Shown piece after piece: positions 60,311 through 64,000 of a stretch of DNA of 64,000 nucleotides (position 1 is its first letter; each line of letters begins with the position of its first letter). Both the position numbers and the translations under genes were made by a program. The DNA is from an uncultured Poribacteria bacterium (lineage in GTDB: Bacteria > Poribacteria > WGA-4E > WGA-3G), in NCBI GenBank assembly GCA_951813565.1, contig OX638351.1, positions 1,280,001 through 1,344,000 of the forward strand. Reading direction: 5' to 3'. The notes beneath the pieces were generated by a model. That model searched no databases. It saw only the letters and a program-made list of their open reading frames with translations, and was not told the origin of the DNA.

Positions 60311-61167
60311 GACTTGGTGTCGTTGGCATGTGCAGTGATTTCCGAACGCTGAATCAGGAAGAGATAGCAGCAATCCAGAAATTGCAGTTTACTGGAGTGA
60401 GTTATCATTTCGCGAGTGCAAATATTCCGCTTGTTTCACCAGATGAGATTACGCGATGTCGTCATTTGCTTGACAAAGCACAACTCGATTTGGTACAATT
60501 TGGTATTACCTATGGGGAGTGTCTGTTTGATCCGCGTCCTTCAGTACGCGAAGCAGCGATTGAAGCAGTAAATTGTGGAATGCCCGTGGCGAAAGAACTT
60601 GGCGCGTTTTTTTACTTATTTCGACCGGGCAGCTTGAACCCGGATGGCGCGTGGACATCTCACCGGGATAACCATTTGCCTAAATCAATGGAATGCTTAA
60701 TTGAGACGCTTAAACCTATCGCAGAAAATGCTGAACGTGAAGCGTTAACACTTGTCATGGAAACACACGCGGTATCTATTATGGGTTCACCTGAGATATG
60801 TAAAGAGGTCGTTGAGAAAGTTGGCTCTGACAGACTTCGTATCGTCATGGACTTTGTAAATCATTTCCAAACGCTTCGTCAGGTCTATGAAAGCGATGTG
60901 AGGCTCAACCATATTTTTGATGTTATGGGACCGGTTGCTCCTATGGCGCATGTTAAGGATATTCGTGTTGAAAATGGGTTAGTTTTACACCTCAATGAGG
61001 AGGTGCCAGGTGAAGGAGAATTGGAGTTGGGTGTCGCGTTGAAGCGTTTTGATGGACTTTATCCAGATGGCTATGGATTGATAGAGCACCTACCTTTGGA
61101 GAAAATTCCGCTTGCCAACGAAAATGTACGCAAAATTGCAGCTGAAAATGGGGTTAATATCTATTAA
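60307..61167 (+). CDS. Sugar phosphate isomerase/epimerase (TIM barrel)
   Basis: METH, DFVN, HVKD, PGEG, LIEH. Confidence 0.8.
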   Translation: MRLGVVGMCSDFRTLNQEEIAAIQKLQFTGVSYHFASANIPLVSPDEITRCRHLLDKAQLDLVQFGITYGECLFDPRPSVREAAIEAVNCGMPVAKELGAFFYLFRPGSLNPDGAWTSHRDNHLPKSMECLIETLKPIAENAEREALTLVMETHAVSIMGSPEICKEVVEKVGSDRLRIVMDFVNHFQTLRQVYESDVRLNHIFDVMGPVAPMAHVKDIRVENGLVLHLNEEVPGEGELELGVALKRFDGLYPDGYGLIEHLPLEKIPLANENVRKIAAENGVNIY

Positions 61168-61183
61168 TGAGAGGATTCGCATC

Positions 61184-63571
61184 ATGTTAAAGAAAAGACA
61201 AATAATATTGCTAATTCTCGTTTTAGGGATGGTCTTTGTGGCTTATGCCGCGATGGCACAGGAAGAAACTACCGGGGGCGATTTACAGGGTAGTGTGAAG
61301 AATATTTGGGACAAAGTGAAATGGCCTATTATTGCTGCCGTTTCAATGTTTATTTTCCAAGGTGTCCTTTATATAATAAGCTTGTTTAAGAAAGACAGAC
61401 TCCTTAAAACGCTGTTGAACAAGTATGTGATCTTTCATATGAAGGACGGACGCCGCTACCAAGGTACTATGCGTTTAGATACCAGAGGAGCAGAAATTGT
61501 TTCCGAAGAATCCAGACAACGCGGGCAAGCCCCAAGCTATATTTTTAGCAAGGATCAATTGCAGACTGAAATTGGCTCATATATCCGTTACTTAGATACG
61601 ATGAATGATCGAGAAAAGCAGGAACGGAAATGGGAACTTGATCGGTTGATTAATCCGCCACTTTCGCACAGAATGGTCCGAAAAATCCGAAATATGTTTA
61701 TTGAACTTAATACAGCGGCAAAAAATGCCATCAGCATGGTATGGGGTGGAATCAGACAAGCGGCAAGTCCCCTACAGGCACAGTTGAATCGAATAAATAC
61801 AGCAGCTAAAGAATTTGGAGGGGAAGCCGCATCATTTGATCAAGTGGATATTAAAGAACAATCAAAAGAATTCTTGCAAGAAGAAAGTTATGAGAGGATT
61901 ATTGAACGCCTCGTTGGTACACGTGTCAAAATCCGGATAAAGGATGTGAAACATGCCGACGGTGAATATATGGCACTTTTCAAAGATTACAACGGAAAGC
62001 ACATGACATTCATGAATGTGAGGGATAAGGACAATAACGGTTACAGAGACCATTGGGGTTACGATCACGAATACAAACACGATATCAATAATTTCAACCG
62101 ACGCGATGACCGAGGACTTAGGTGTCGAATGGTAGAGGACAAGCAAGGCAGATACTTTTTAGTCTTTGAAAACAATACTTCTTATACTATCCAAGTCGGT
62201 AAAATTCGACTGTTTGATCCAGGTGAATGGGGGAGAAACCTTGAATATAAATGGCATATTGAGGGGCTCAGTGTTAGAAGACTTCGCCTCAACCCAGTAG
62301 CACAACATAATGTCGGTCCGTTTGAACGTGTCAGAACACTCGAACCTCGCACGCCGAGGCAATTTAAAAAGATAGGAGTTGAATTTCGCTCTTTTCGAGA
62401 CGCGGATGTTATCTTTCCGCGTACTGTTTGCACTATTATTGAAAGTGCTGAAAAGCATCAAGAGGAATTGTTCAGTATATCTGCCTTAACAGACGCTATT
62501 CTTGACCGGAGTGAATCTGAAGAAATCGCGATCCAGGATTCGGAAGGACGACCAATTCACGGTATGAATCTCGTTCATGGATACGTTACTAATGTAAATG
62601 AAGAACGAATTGACCTAAAATCAATTGATTCCAGTTATAGCCGACGTTGGGAGGTAGAAAGTGCTTATACGCATTTTGATAATACCTTACGCCATCGAGT
62701 TCCTGCACATCGGAAGTTGATTCCGTATTTCGCGAACCGCCTTGTTACACAAAACGCACTCGTTGAACAGTTAAGGGAAAACAAACTACAGCAAGAGACA
62801 TTTTCTCAGTTAGCGTATCCTAAACTCGTCAAAAGACAGTTACGAGTTCCATTGATGAAGTTGTTACCTTCAAATAATGGATTGCGTCTACCACTTAAGG
62901 TGATGGCACTCACAGGCAACGTCACTCATGAAGAATTCCCTATCCTTGAACGTTTTGAATATGTTTTGGAACATCATATGCTATATGAATCTGTTAATAA
63001 CATACGGAACGACCGGCTCGCAAAAATGGACATACTATGGATAGGTGCGGGTGAAATTTACAAGGCAGGTTACCGCCTTAATATTGATGCTGAACACCGA
63101 ATCAAAAATTTCGTTAGCCAAGGTGGGGTTGTGATTGTTTCGGGACAAGACGTTAAGACAAACTCCAGACAGAGGCGCGGGACAGGATGGATTCCAGAAC
63201 CACTGACAGGTGTAGAATATGATGAAACAGATGAACTTTTGCCAACCGCTCAAGGTAGAAGAAGCCGTATCTTCCATACCCCAAATACGCTTAACACCAC
63301 ACCAGATACCAAAGAGATCCCATTAGTTAAGCTTGACGATATGTGGGTAGATCCGCTCGGTAAATGGAATTCACTCGCTAAGTCTACTGAGCAGGACGCC
63401 TCAGCATTGCTTACGCTACCGTTTCAGAAAGGGTTATATATTGTCACAAGTTTGAAGAATGAGACGGGCAGGGATGTAGAAATAAACAATAAATTGATGG
63501 AAAACCTACTTCATTTCTCTGTTAAGTGGATAGATAATCAGAAGTGGAAACAACGCTTCTTACCCCGATAA
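61184..63571 (+). CDS. Uncharacterised membrane-anchored protein with two Sm-like segments and a C-terminal GATase-like alpha/beta domain
   Basis: Signal peptide plus TM; long ORF with GAGG RBS; domain calls tentative. Confidence 0.65.
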   Translation: MLKKRQIILLILVLGMVFVAYAAMAQEETTGGDLQGSVKNIWDKVKWPIIAAVSMFIFQGVLYIISLFKKDRLLKTLLNKYVIFHMKDGRRYQGTMRLDTRGAEIVSEESRQRGQAPSYIFSKDQLQTEIGSYIRYLDTMNDREKQERKWELDRLINPPLSHRMVRKIRNMFIELNTAAKNAISMVWGGIRQAASPLQAQLNRINTAAKEFGGEAASFDQVDIKEQSKEFLQEESYERIIERLVGTRVKIRIKDVKHADGEYMALFKDYNGKHMTFMNVRDKDNNGYRDHWGYDHEYKHDINNFNRRDDRGLRCRMVEDKQGRYFLVFENNTSYTIQVGKIRLFDPGEWGRNLEYKWHIEGLSVRRLRLNPVAQHNVGPFERVRTLEPRTPRQFKKIGVEFRSFRDADVIFPRTVCTIIESAEKHQEELFSISALTDAILDRSESEEIAIQDSEGRPIHGMNLVHGYVTNVNEERIDLKSIDSSYSRRWEVESAYTHFDNTLRHRVPAHRKLIPYFANRLVTQNALVEQLRENKLQQETFSQLAYPKLVKRQLRVPLMKLLPSNNGLRLPLKVMALTGNVTHEEFPILERFEYVLEHHMLYESVNNIRNDRLAKMDILWIGAGEIYKAGYRLNIDAEHRIKNFVSQGGVVIVSGQDVKTNSRQRRGTGWIPEPLTGVEYDETDELLPTAQGRRSRIFHTPNTLNTTPDTKEIPLVKLDDMWVDPLGKWNSLAKSTEQDASALLTLPFQKGLYIVTSLKNETGRDVEINNKLMENLLHFSVKWIDNQKWKQRFLPR

Positions 63572-63598
63572 TTCCATCTGGATGCGATTTCTATAGTG

Positions 63599-63653
63599 AA
63601 TACAATAGGGTTATTGGTTGGCGAATCTATCCAACCAATAACCCTATTGTATT
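63599..63653. terminator. Perfect 23-bp inverted repeat between convergent genes (likely bidirectional terminator)
   Basis: AATACAATAGGGTTATTGGTTGG-N9-CCAACCAATAACCCTATTGTATT. Confidence 0.75.
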
Positions 63654-63998
63654 TTAATTCTGATTCTTTTTCTTTTTAGCAGCGTTTTTAGGAGCAGCCT
63701 TTTGTCCATTCCCATTTTCCGCAGCCGCGAGTGCCTTCCCGAACTCTTCTACTGCTTTTACAAGTACTTCAAACTGCTTTGAAAGGGTTGGTTCTTTTTT
63801 TTCGTCTGTCGGCGTTTCATCAGTATTGGATTCATCAATATTTTCTCCTACGATAATTTCTTTTAATTCCTCATAAAACGAAGTGTCAGAAGCAATTCTG
63901 TTTGCAGCAACGAACACTTCTCTAAGTTTTGGTCGTGTTTTTATGGGGTCCGCGGAAGTATCATCTGCAGAGTCATTTGCGAGAATTAGATAGACAGG
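63654..63998 (-). CDS. 3' end of a gene running off the window
   Basis: Frame open from the window edge to the stop at 63654; low-complexity Lys/Ala tail. Confidence 0.6.
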   Translation of the reverse strand, partial: PVYLILANDSADDTSADPIKTRPKLREVFVAANRIASDTSFYEELKEIIVGENIDESNTDETPTDEKKEPTLSKQFEVLVKAVEEFGKALAAAENGNGQKAAPKNAAKKKKNQN

Positions 63999-64000
63999 TT

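Overview
A bacterial chromosomal window of moderately low GC. Its gene repertoire (ECF-sigma/beta-propeller fusions, LamG proteins ending in VDPxxKLxTxWGxxK, PhyH, TPR+FG-GAP/ASPIC) resembles Candidatus Poribacteria; this taxon call is inference only. Ordinary genes include trxB, moaC, tatA, yjbQ, phoU/pstB, MoxR, HtrA, an M28 peptidase, GH32 and a xylulokinase. No rRNA, tRNA or CRISPR array was seen. Main unusual signals: (1) Four membrane-tethered ECF sigma factors fused to swappable WD40 or BNR propellers. Each has a similar upstream ECF-type promoter and a perfect in-frame internal AAGGAGG-N5-ATG right after sigma region 4, suggesting a second sigma-less anti-sigma/sensor product. (2) A family of 23-34 nt hairpin micro-insertions, always followed by CG, that split REP elements and add 11 codons to a PstA-like gene. 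(3) Two adjacent PstB ATPases with complementary degenerate motifs, in a pst cluster whose 5' part is replaced by IS debris. (4) A microsatellite built from -10 boxes. (5) Nested REP/MITE structures in intergenic regions. All calls are by-eye motif recognition; no database searches were run.
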